DNA of 40,029 bases from Enterobacteria phage mEp390. The stretch is from the sequence record NC_019721.1. One strand, written 5' to 3'. The first letter of the stretch is position 1, and each line of letters opens with the position of its first letter. Made by a program: the position numbers and the translations under genes. The notes below the pieces were generated by a model. It was not told the DNA's origin. It made no database searches and saw nothing but the letters and a program-made list of their open reading frames with translations. Below, piece after piece: positions 18,992-27,044 of this stretch.

Positions 18992-20326
18992 ATGCTTTAT
19001 AACACTGGCACCATCGCCATTAACGGAAATACCGCCACTGGAACGGGTACGAACTGGACTGCGCCAGCCAGCCAGGTCCGCGCTGGCCAGACGATTATCG
19101 TCATGTCGAGCCCGGTTCAAATTTTCCAGATCTCAAGCGTGGACAGCTCCACCTCGATGACGGTTACGCCATCTGCATCACCGGCGTTAAGCGGCCAGAA
19201 GTATGGAATTCTTGTGTCGGACATTATCTCGGTTGATGGACTGGCACAGGCTATGTCTCAGCTCATCAAAGAATATGACGAGAACATTGGCGCGTGGGAG
19301 ACGTTCGCCACTACCTCAGCAAACCAGACCATCACCGTTACCATCAACGGAACCTCCGTTAATATTCCAAGTATTGGCGCGCTTGCCAGAAAGGGGGCCA
19401 ACAGCGATATCACCGAGCTTAAAGGGCTCACTACTGCGCTTTCTGTTGCACAGGGCGGGACTGGGGCAAAGACCGAAGCTGACGCTCGCACAAACCTCGG
19501 TTTAGGAAGTGCGGCAACTAAAAATACTGGTGAAGGCGATAATAACGTGCTGGCACCAGGATCATTTGGCGTAGGTTCGAAAAACTTGCCAGTAATTGGC
19601 GACATCTGGGATAAAAGCCAGGGAACTCGCTTCTGCAACGTATCTCCTGCCACGTCAGGAGGACCGGGTATGTATGGTTCAGGTATCAGGTTCTCGGACC
19701 GAAATATTGGGAGTGGGGGCACCCCAGCTGCGCAACAATCCTTTGCCGCCCTGATTCTTAGCGGCAAGGTCATTCAATTTATGGGAATGGCTGATGGTAT
19801 CGATACTGGCTGGATGAAGATTTACCACACAGGCAATACGACTCGGACATCTGATGGCACGTTGAAGGCCGCCTCGCCTATAGTTCAATTGTTCGGGGAT
19901 GGGACATGCCAGTTTAACGATGAATCCGAGGGGTGCGCCGTAACCCGCCTGGATATCGGGGAATACCTGATTGAAGGTTGTACCGGCTTGAATGCAGATG
20001 CAGCATGGGGCGGTATAGATGGCGGTTTTGACATTCCTACTGACCGTAACAAACAGCCACTCATCTGGCTTGATTATATGGTTAATTCTGACGGTTCTGT
20101 GCTGGTTAAAACCTATCACCGCACCCACCCGTCGGCCCCTGAATTTGCCAGAAATGAGCGGGCGGGGTTAGCTGATGGAGACCCGGTTGATATCCCGTCA
20201 GATCAGTTCGTCAGCGTTCGAGTAGAAATGCCTGCTAACAGCATATGGAATCAAAAACAGCTGGCTGCTAAAAAAGCTCTCTATGACGCTCATGAATTAG
20301 ATGCCAACGAAGATAGTGGCTCTTGA
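18992..20326 (+). CDS. tail fibre protein
   Basis: about 444 aa from ATG with GGAGAAAG RBS (track ORF starts at upstream TTG 18977); Gly/Thr/Ala-rich N-terminus typical of fibre proteins. Confidence 0.65.
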   Translation: MLYNTGTIAINGNTATGTGTNWTAPASQVRAGQTIIVMSSPVQIFQISSVDSSTSMTVTPSASPALSGQKYGILVSDIISVDGLAQAMSQLIKEYDENIGAWETFATTSANQTITVTINGTSVNIPSIGALARKGANSDITELKGLTTALSVAQGGTGAKTEADARTNLGLGSAATKNTGEGDNNVLAPGSFGVGSKNLPVIGDIWDKSQGTRFCNVSPATSGGPGMYGSGIRFSDRNIGSGGTPAAQQSFAALILSGKVIQFMGMADGIDTGWMKIYHTGNTTRTSDGTLKAASPIVQLFGDGTCQFNDESEGCAVTRLDIGEYLIEGCTGLNADAAWGGIDGGFDIPTDRNKQPLIWLDYMVNSDGSVLVKTYHRTHPSAPEFARNERAGLADGDPVDIPSDQFVSVRVEMPANSIWNQKQLAAKKALYDAHELDANEDSGS

Positions 20327-20360
20327 TAGAGTTGCCGCCCATCGCATGAAAAATGGGCGG
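20324..20360. terminator. 12-bp perfect inverted repeat hairpin between convergent genes
   Basis: GTTGCCGCCCAT-N10-ATGGGCGGCAAC; no clear U-tract. Confidence 0.4.
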
Positions 20361-20395
20361 CAACTGGTTGCTCTGTATTCATGCCCGAGTAAAAT

Positions 20396-20662
20396 TCACA
20401 GGCCAACCTGGCGAACGGTCGGGGACTCAGAAACCAGCCATATGTCGGACTCTTCAAACATTTCTTCCAGCATGCGGTTTAGCTTTTCCCGATCGCTTTT
20501 ACTTGCATCGCTATTCAAGCCGTTCGCCTGCATCGGCTTCACCTTCACTTCGGCATCAGGGAAAATCTGATGAACCCGCTTCGTCAGCTCGGCCAGAATG
20601 ATCTCTCTGGCCCCTTCGAGCCCCGCAACATTACGCTTGTCATATACCAGTTCAACAAACAT
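20396..20662 (-). CDS. dinI: DinI-like DNA damage-inducible protein
   Basis: 88-aa ORF with FPD and ESxDxWLVSE motifs matching DinI as recalled; AGAGGG RBS; LexA box about 45 bp upstream. Confidence 0.8.
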   Translation of the reverse strand: MFVELVYDKRNVAGLEGAREIILAELTKRVHQIFPDAEVKVKPMQANGLNSDASKSDREKLNRMLEEMFEESDIWLVSESPTVRQVGL

Positions 20663-20706
20663 TGCTAACCCTCTTGCCTAACTTGATCTGTAATCACAAA
20701 AATACT

Positions 20707-20724
20707 ACTGTATATGCATACAGT
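20707..20724. promoter_or_regulatory. LexA binding site (SOS box)
   Basis: ACTGTATATGCATACAGT, a perfect 18-bp palindrome of CTGT-N8-ACAG type, between divergent dinI-like gene and ORF 20749. Confidence 0.8.
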
Positions 20725-20748
20725 CAATAGTCCAGAGAGGGCGCTCTT

Positions 20749-20988
20749 ATGCCTCGTCAACTTGATATACGTGCAGCCTTTTTAGCGGCCATACAACAGA
20801 ATCCTAAGGGATATCTTTGTTTGAACACTGACAAATTCATCACTGAATTGCGCTTTAGGAATTGGCATTTCAGCCAGGCAGATGCCAATGCCTGGATTAA
20901 GAGATACCAACCAGACTTTGCTGATAAGACGACGGATGGAAGCGATAACCGTTACTGGATCTTGCGTAATATGGGGAGGGTTTTCTGA
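20749..20988 (+). CDS. hypothetical protein, first gene of putative SOS-controlled operon
   Basis: 79-aa ORF with GAGAGGG RBS, 25 bp downstream of LexA box; stop overlaps next start (ATGA). Confidence 0.5.
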   Translation: MPRQLDIRAAFLAAIQQNPKGYLCLNTDKFITELRFRNWHFSQADANAWIKRYQPDFADKTTDGSDNRYWILRNMGRVF

Positions 20989-21308
20989 TGGGCTTTCCTT
21001 CACCTGCTATGGATTACCAGGAACAGCGGTTAACCATAGATCTGTTATGCGGAATTGATGGGAACTGCAGGGTAATAGAAACATCCTGTGGTTGGGCAGT
21101 GATTAACATTGCTCTAAGGCCAGAGCAGGGAGATACGCTACTGGTAAGAATGGATAACAGGAACGAGTTTGCAAAGCTATACGGGGCGGCATTGATAACT
21201 GAAGATGGTGAAGCGATAGAAGGCGACGCGCTGGATGATGTGGAAGTGTTTGGTGTGCTAACGCATAGTCTTAACCGCGTTTGTAATGATGATTGCCCAG
21301 CCATTTAA
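20988..21308 (+). CDS. UmuD'-like S24-fold protein lacking N-terminal tail and probably the catalytic dyad
   Basis: begins M-GFPSPAMDYQEQR, matching the UmuD segment just after its Cys-Gly cleavage site as recalled; C-terminal VEVFGVLTH resembles UmuD DVFGVVIHV; no SGDSM motif seen. Confidence 0.5.
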   Translation: MGFPSPAMDYQEQRLTIDLLCGIDGNCRVIETSCGWAVINIALRPEQGDTLLVRMDNRNEFAKLYGAALITEDGEAIEGDALDDVEVFGVLTHSLNRVCNDDCPAI

Positions 21309-21367
21309 GGTATGGGTTTAACCACCATTTTCACTTCACCCAAAGTCGATTTACGGTACTAAAAACT

Positions 21368-21651
21368 TTCGCCATTGTGACATTTTGATAACGGTAAGCT
21401 ATTGATTACTTAGATCATAAAATTATGAATTAATGGCGAAAAATAATCGTATATGTTTGATTTTATTAGATAACACGCGTGATTTAAAATCCCTCGGCGT
21501 TCGCGCTGTGTGGGTTCAAGTCCCACTCCGGGTACCATGGGAAAACTAGAATAAAATCAATGATAAGCAGTGTCGTATAAACCACCGAAAGGTGGTTTTT
21601 TATTGTGTTTTTTTCGCCATTCGCCATTGTTTCGCCATTCGACTTCGCCAT
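21368..21651. other. attP region: tRNA-Leu 3' core (21481-21537) flanked by TTCGCCATT arm-type repeats
   Basis: 57 bp matching the anticodon-loop-to-CCA portion of an enterobacterial tRNA-Leu(UAA) as recalled, with no 5' half; TTCGCCATT at 21368, inverted at 21432, four direct copies 21613-21651; integrase adjacent. Confidence 0.65.
21580..21602 (+). terminator. intrinsic terminator downstream of tRNA-like core
   Basis: AACCACC-GAAA-GGTGGTT hairpin followed by T6. Confidence 0.6.
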
Positions 21652-21663
21652 AGAAAGAGGGCA

Positions 21664-22674
21664 TTACTGCCCCCCAACCACCGGTACTACAGATATTTTG
21701 CGGTTGTATCTTGCAGTCTGCGAAGCATTTTTGTGGCCTGATATTTCTTGTTTCTCATGCAGCGTACCTTCCAAATCAGATATCCCTTTGGCTTTCAGGT
21801 CATGGAAAGTAAAGTCAAATTCGATCTCAGGGAATTTCTCAGCGGCTAACTTTTTCGCCTTCATCCACTGCGCATTAAAAGCATCTCGTGTATATCTCGA
21901 TCCTGATGGCTGGTGAATAACATACATGCTAACCATTCCTTCTTTGAGAGGTAAGGAATCAGCCAAGGAGATTGCACGCCTTAAGCGATCGGTCCATTTT
22001 TTGATTTGACTCACTGCTGTCTTACTTTGCTGAATCATGATTCCTTCATGAAGAAGCTGCGTTTTTTTTAGATCAAGAATATCCCCCTGTCTAGCGCAGC
22101 ATAGATAGGCAACCTCCATAGCGATTTTTACAGGAATAGTTGCAATACTGTACAGAGCATCATATTCGTTATCAAAAACGTAACGAGTCCTGGCCTTTTC
22201 TTTAAACTGCTTTACCCCTTGGCAAGGGTTCATCTTCACTTTTCCACGCTCATATGCCCACCTGAATACCCTCGACATAAACGCTTTTTCTCGGTTCGCC
22301 TGAACTCTGCTCTTAACCCCCCTCTTATCCATATACTTTCTGATGTGCTCCGGCTTAATGTTTTCTGGTTTCATTTTGCCGAAAACGACATTTACCTTTG
22401 AACCATATTTCCGGTAATCCTTTCTGGTTTCTGTTGCCAGATCATGAAAGTCACCAGAGTTAAAAAACTCTTCGCAAAGAGCATGAAAGTTGGAACCAAC
22501 CTTTATATCGTTGATGAAGTTTTCATACGCTGCCCAGACCTGAGACTTTGTGAGATCGAGGTTGCACAATCTCACAGTTCTCCCGTCTGGCGTTCTGAAC
22601 TCATAAGCAGATTTGCCTCGACGCACGCGGGGCGGCATCCAGTTATCTTCTGGGTTTTTGCGGATTCTGGGCAT
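21664..22674 (-). CDS. int: tyrosine-type site-specific integrase
   Basis: 336-aa ORF with C-terminal HxxR and RY catalytic-region motifs (HDLKAKG, ARYNRK); adjacent to att core. Confidence 0.88.
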   Translation of the reverse strand: MPRIRKNPEDNWMPPRVRRGKSAYEFRTPDGRTVRLCNLDLTKSQVWAAYENFINDIKVGSNFHALCEEFFNSGDFHDLATETRKDYRKYGSKVNVVFGKMKPENIKPEHIRKYMDKRGVKSRVQANREKAFMSRVFRWAYERGKVKMNPCQGVKQFKEKARTRYVFDNEYDALYSIATIPVKIAMEVAYLCCARQGDILDLKKTQLLHEGIMIQQSKTAVSQIKKWTDRLRRAISLADSLPLKEGMVSMYVIHQPSGSRYTRDAFNAQWMKAKKLAAEKFPEIEFDFTFHDLKAKGISDLEGTLHEKQEISGHKNASQTARYNRKISVVPVVGGQ

Positions 22675-22916
22675 TACATGTCCTTAAAGTTTGGTTCTTC
22701 TTCCTCTGGATTGTTCACTACCAGCTTGAGGCCTGCAGGGTTAGTTACATGATCCCATGTAGTTCCTGGCCTGCCGTCTTTTCGTGGCACGAAAAACACA
22801 CCGCTTTCTTTCAGTGCTCGGCACTGAAGGGAAGGGCGACGATAACCAGTAAGCTGATATAGGTCATCAGGGGTAAGAAAACGTTGGCTTTGTCCGCTCA
22901 TCGTATAGCTCTCCAC
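22674..22916 (-). CDS. xis: excisionase-like protein
   Basis: 80-aa ORF immediately upstream of and overlapping int; Xis-like sequence by eye. Confidence 0.55.
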   Translation of the reverse strand: MESYTMSGQSQRFLTPDDLYQLTGYRRPSLQCRALKESGVFFVPRKDGRPGTTWDHVTNPAGLKLVVNNPEEEEPNFKDM

Positions 22917-22934
22917 TCAACCGGCTGCACCCGG

Positions 22935-23213
22935 CTATCTCTTATAGAAAATGCATGATGAACAACCACCACGGAGCCCATCATTGCAGGTACGACATCT
23001 TTTTGTTTCGGTGTAATAGAGCTGGTGGACCATTTCCTTTGGCATGAGAACCGGCATCGGCACTCGGATAACCAGCTTTTTGAGTCTGTCTATCTCAGCT
23101 GCGTGCTCCAGCGCGATATCCTTCCAGTCCTGCGCTTCGGCCATCCACCAGGCTACATCTGCTTTAAGGCGGCGCAAGCGCCGCTGTTTGAGTTTGCTCA
23201 CCATGGCAGCCAC
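22935..23213 (-). CDS. hypothetical early protein
   Basis: 92-aa ORF, co-oriented with early-left operon. Confidence 0.4.
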   Translation of the reverse strand: MAAMVSKLKQRRLRRLKADVAWWMAEAQDWKDIALEHAAEIDRLKKLVIRVPMPVLMPKEMVHQLYYTETKRCRTCNDGLRGGCSSCIFYKR

Positions 23214-23270
23214 CCAAGTTGCTGCAGGGCACCGATTGCCAGCAGCACGAACATAATCGCGTCGAATGGG

Positions 23271-23579
23271 TTAGGCATGGCGTTTTCTCTCTGCCGGTAA
23301 TGGAGGGATATCCATCCACATGATAACCCTCACAATAACACCTTCATTCCCACGCCACTCGTCAGATTCGCAATCGTAGCAGGATGTAATCGCAACGCCG
23401 TAATCTGTCTGGACCAGGTAAATCCCGTTACTTTCAGGTTTAATTTCTGATGCATCATTCCAGATAGGAATCGGGCCATTGCGGTATATCTCCTGAAGCT
23501 CCCGTGCCATGTGGTAGGCGATGTGCCTGCGCCCAAAATCACGAACAACCTCTTTGAGCCTTTCATGGGAAATTGTCAC
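23271..23579 (-). CDS. hypothetical early protein (DUF551-like)
   Basis: 102-aa ORF, overlaps next gene stop; lambdoid early-region family by recollection. Confidence 0.45.
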   Translation of the reverse strand: MTISHERLKEVVRDFGRRHIAYHMARELQEIYRNGPIPIWNDASEIKPESNGIYLVQTDYGVAITSCYDCESDEWRGNEGVIVRVIMWMDIPPLPAERKRHA

Positions 23580-24505
23580 GGCTTCACCTCCTGCTGCGGT
23601 GCTGCTGCAATCATTGCCTTGTGCATGGCGTCGTATCCGTCTTCCTCTACGCGTGCGGCGGCGTCGATCATTGCTCGTGTCGCATCAACCGGCACCAAAA
23701 CCCAACCATCCGGAATCACCGGAGAGTTGCCACCGGCTTTGATGTGCATACGCGGTTCGCCGTCTTTCGGCTCCGGCCACTGGCGCGCCATGTTCTCTTT
23801 CAGCTTTTCTTCCATCGCTGCTGTGATTTCACCGTCACTGATACCGGCGCGGCGCTGGGCATCCCATAGCAGGAACTGCATATCAGCCCACTCGCTGAGG
23901 TCGTCAGGTTCGGCGGCTGCCTCCAGCGCCTCTTTCGAGAGGTGTTTTAGTGGACCTATGGGGCCAACATCACCGAACGTAGCCTGTGACCACTCAGCAT
24001 GGCGCTGACGGATGAGATTGCGTAACTGCAGCGATGATCCAATTTCTTCGGGCAACTTGTAAGCCGTCGTTACAGGTTCGGCACCCTGAAGCATGGCGGA
24101 TCGGCGTGACAGCAGTCTTTTAGCCTCAATGCTGCCTTCTGCCTCAAGCTCTCCTTCAGCCTCTAAGCCACCCTCAAGGTATTCAACCACATCAGCAATC
24201 CACTGCTCCCACGCACCTGGCACTGCCGGCGCTGGCGGGGCGGTGTACAAGGGGCCGCACTTCCAGCCAGCATCTAGTGCTTTTTTTGCCCCAATGCGAT
24301 TGATTCCTTCGTCTGGATTATCCATATCAACATCTCGCTTACCGTCACGCTCCCACATCCACGCCACAGGCTCCGCTGCGAGCGATGCCAGCGCGATACG
24401 CGCCAGTTCGTGAACCTCCCACTCTTCTGCATTTGCCTGACAGTCGCTTCCCTCAGAATTGAACTGAAGGAGGTTTGCTACGCGTTCTCTGGTAATAGTG
24501 CTCAT
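23576..24505 (-). CDS. early protein with C-terminal DUF550 / MazG-like nucleotide pyrophosphohydrolase-like domain
   Basis: 309-aa ORF; segment HAEWSQATFG...EWADMQFLLWDAQRRAG resembles the dATP/dGTP pyrophosphohydrolase domain family. Confidence 0.45.
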   Translation of the reverse strand: MSTITRERVANLLQFNSEGSDCQANAEEWEVHELARIALASLAAEPVAWMWERDGKRDVDMDNPDEGINRIGAKKALDAGWKCGPLYTAPPAPAVPGAWEQWIADVVEYLEGGLEAEGELEAEGSIEAKRLLSRRSAMLQGAEPVTTAYKLPEEIGSSLQLRNLIRQRHAEWSQATFGDVGPIGPLKHLSKEALEAAAEPDDLSEWADMQFLLWDAQRRAGISDGEITAAMEEKLKENMARQWPEPKDGEPRMHIKAGGNSPVIPDGWVLVPVDATRAMIDAAARVEEDGYDAMHKAMIAAAPQQEVKP

Positions 24506-25011
24506 GATGCCTCTCCTTTACCGGCTGCGGCGGCGATACGAAAAAGTTTAATGTCGCCACTGTCTGAGTTCTGCTTACTCCAGATAAGTGACGTTTCTCG
24601 CCCACGCTCGTTGATATGCATGAGATTTCTTTCGTCTGTAAAGCATGCAGGAATGAAAGCTACAGGGAGTGGATAGAGGGCAACTGCATCATCACCCCAT
24701 TGCTCAACTGCATATTTCTCATCGGTTGTGAACCTCGACATGAATGATGTGACGTTAGCGCTCCTCATCCATGCCACTGGCTTAACCTCCCGCGCCTCCA
24801 GCTCAGCAATCCGCTTCTCTGCGGCTTCCAGCTCATCCAGCAGCGCCAGCACGGTTGCGGGGTTGGCTGCGGCAATAAATTTGGCGTCCGTCCGGTGAAG
24901 TGCAAGACCATAGTCGCTAGCCAGTTGATCTTCATTCCACCAGGTCTCTCCTTCTTCTGAGATGGCCTTCTCTGCCGCTTCCCGTAATGCGCGTTTGTCG
25001 ATGTTGCTCAT
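24502..25011 (-). CDS. Ea22-like early protein
   Basis: 169-aa ORF with N-terminus MSNIDKRALREAAEKA typical of ead/Ea22-like proteins as recalled. Confidence 0.5.
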   Translation of the reverse strand: MSNIDKRALREAAEKAISEEGETWWNEDQLASDYGLALHRTDAKFIAAANPATVLALLDELEAAEKRIAELEAREVKPVAWMRSANVTSFMSRFTTDEKYAVEQWGDDAVALYPLPVAFIPACFTDERNLMHINERGRETSLIWSKQNSDSGDIKLFRIAAAAGKGEAS

Positions 25012-25664
25012 TGGGCGGCCTCCTGGCGGTCTATGCGTTCAATTTCAGCCAGAATAAGTGCGCCCGCTTTCACCAGGTCACGGCGTGGATTTGTAGGTTT
25101 CCACCATTCTGGTGCCCACGGCCAGTCCAATGGAATTCGGTTAAAGGAATGGATGGTATTCAGTACGTAGCATGAGGATGCCCACAATAACTGGGATTCT
25201 CCGTACTGGTCGTCATGCTCAGGCGTCCAGCCCTCAACAGATTGCTGGCGTTGACGCTCTGAAATCACTGACTGAACTGCATTGGATAGCGATTTCACAC
25301 CGCTGGCCCGCACTTCAGCCAGAAAAGCGGATGTCGCCGGGGTGCTTTCGAGAAATTGCCTTGTCTTTTCAAGAACGCACCAATCCGGTACAGCTGCACC
25401 TGAAAGCGATCCATTGCCACGGCGTTCTCCTGTATCGCATGAATTGAATATCTCAAGAAGCTGAGTCTTCAGCCCCGCATTCTCCGCAGCCAGCGCCTCA
25501 GCATCATTGCGAACCTTACGCAGTTCCAGTACAGCAACCTGAACTGCATAAGCGAACATAGCGCAAGGGCGGTTACAGTCTGTCTCAGCATCGCGCTGCA
25601 TGTTCACTGCAACAGTCATCAGCTCATCCAGCTGTTCGGCGGTCATTGGTTTATTGGCTGTCAT
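25008..25664 (-). CDS. hypothetical early protein
   Basis: ORF on the minus strand; start chosen at ATG with AGGA RBS 9 nt upstream (track ORF extends to 25805). Confidence 0.45.
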   Translation of the reverse strand: MTANKPMTAEQLDELMTVAVNMQRDAETDCNRPCAMFAYAVQVAVLELRKVRNDAEALAAENAGLKTQLLEIFNSCDTGERRGNGSLSGAAVPDWCVLEKTRQFLESTPATSAFLAEVRASGVKSLSNAVQSVISERQRQQSVEGWTPEHDDQYGESQLLWASSCYVLNTIHSFNRIPLDWPWAPEWWKPTNPRRDLVKAGALILAEIERIDRQEAAQ

Positions 25665-26685
25665 GATCATTTTCCTGCTGCAGTTTGTATTTCTTAACGA
25701 AGTGGGCCACAGCCTTTGACTGGCTAGCGGCAATGGTTTTGTCACCCATGTCCAGCCAAACGGTTTTTCCGCGATACAGTGAGGCCCGACCAATGTCTTT
25801 ACCATCGAGCATCACATACAGAGTTCGTCCGCGAATTTCTGTGGTCGGGACTGGCTGTGACAAGCGATACGTTTCACGCGCTTCCGCAATCGCTTTGTGC
25901 TCATCCATAATTGCCAGCGCTTCAGCAAGGGCAGTTCCTTCAAGAGTGAAAACACCTTCATCACTGATCGTCGCCTGAGCCATCAGCTCAACAAAACGGC
26001 GCGCGTTCTTTACGCTAAGTTCCGGCGCGATAGAACTGCGGGTAACTTTCTTTTTGCCCTGGGCAGCCGCTACAGCCTTATCATGCTGGAGAACTTTTCC
26101 GGCCTGTTCGCCATACTCCATAACGCGATCAACTGCGACGTCTACTGACACCGCACCGGATTTAACTTCCTGCTGAACGTCATGGTTCGCAGTGCTCAGG
26201 AGAAGCAATTTCTCTACCGTGGCCACTGACTTATTGACCAGTTTTGCTATTTCGCTGGTGGTCTGGTTGAACGCGTTATGTAGCTCCTGAATAACTGCGG
26301 CCTGTTCCATATCGGAAAGCGGTAGTTGGTTGTTACTGGTCATGATTCGCGCCAGCCGCTGAACATCGTTACCGTTGAACGGCATGATGTGGATGCGGTC
26401 TACTGGCTTGCCAGCTTCAGCACAGCGCGCATAGCAGCGACGGCGGCGGTGACCTTCGACAACCCATACACCACCTTCATCACGGGCGATAACTTCCAGC
26501 GGTGGAACTGATCCGCCGTTCATCAGGTAGTTAAATAGGTCCTCATCAGCCTGGCGGGTGCGTTCATCATCTTCACGTTTGTTGAAACCTTCACGAACAT
26601 GGATATCGGAAAGGGCGATAAACATCCCGGTATCGGTGCGCTTAATTACACCGGCCTTGGTCATTTGCTTGAATGAGTTAGCCAT
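25651..26685 (-). CDS. ParB-like nuclease domain protein
   Basis: ParB N-terminal signature VVEGHRRRR; start chosen at internal ATG (MANSFKQ) with GAGG RBS (track ORF extends to 26820). Confidence 0.6.
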   Translation of the reverse strand: MANSFKQMTKAGVIKRTDTGMFIALSDIHVREGFNKREDDERTRQADEDLFNYLMNGGSVPPLEVIARDEGGVWVVEGHRRRRCYARCAEAGKPVDRIHIMPFNGNDVQRLARIMTSNNQLPLSDMEQAAVIQELHNAFNQTTSEIAKLVNKSVATVEKLLLLSTANHDVQQEVKSGAVSVDVAVDRVMEYGEQAGKVLQHDKAVAAAQGKKKVTRSSIAPELSVKNARRFVELMAQATISDEGVFTLEGTALAEALAIMDEHKAIAEARETYRLSQPVPTTEIRGRTLYVMLDGKDIGRASLYRGKTVWLDMGDKTIAASQSKAVAHFVKKYKLQQENDHDSQ

Positions 26686-27044
26686 CAGAGAGCAACCTCG
26701 TTCTTCATGGAAATCACCACAGGAGGCAGTTCGCGCAGTTCTCGCTGAGCTTCCAGCAAGTGCATGTTGGTAGGCGTTTTGGTGTGGCGCTCTTCGATGC
26801 GGTCGCACTCTTTGGCCCAACTGGCAACATCCTCACGTAGGGTGGCGTTCTGCTCAGCCAGTTCCTTCCGCTGCGCCATCGCTTCACAGAGCGCGACGCT
26901 GGTAACATCAAGGCGTGTAGCCAGTTCATTAACCATCCAGCCGTAAGCGGCAGGAAGGAGAGAGGCGGCCTTACGAGCTGAGTCGATAAGTTGCTCCCGT
27001 GTCATGCGTGGTTGTAACTCGGTGACGTTCTGTGTGTTCGTCAT
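26685..27044 (-). CDS. hypothetical coiled-coil early protein
   Basis: start chosen at ATG with GGAG RBS (MTNTQNV); stop overlaps next start. Confidence 0.45.
   Translation of the reverse strand: MTNTQNVTELQPRMTREQLIDSARKAASLLPAAYGWMVNELATRLDVTSVALCEAMAQRKELAEQNATLREDVASWAKECDRIEERHTKTPTNMHLLEAQRELRELPPVVISMKNEVAL

Noticed and set aside
21481-21537. Possible intact tRNA-Leu gene
   Set aside because: Only the 3' portion from the anticodon loop to CCA is present and the upstream sequence is AT-rich and unrelated, so it is an att core fragment, not a functional tRNA.
21368-21651. Short direct repeats (TTCGCCATT) considered as a CRISPR-like or tandem-repeat array
   Set aside because: Repeats are 9 bp with irregular spacing and flank an att core next to integrase, consistent with integrase arm-type binding sites; no CRISPR repeat-spacer structure exists anywhere in the window.
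23511-24676. Plus-strand ORFs (23511..24008, 24093..24413, 24410..24676) opposite the early-left genes
   Set aside because: Antisense to the co-directional early operon; Ser/Ala/Arg-rich low-complexity translations.
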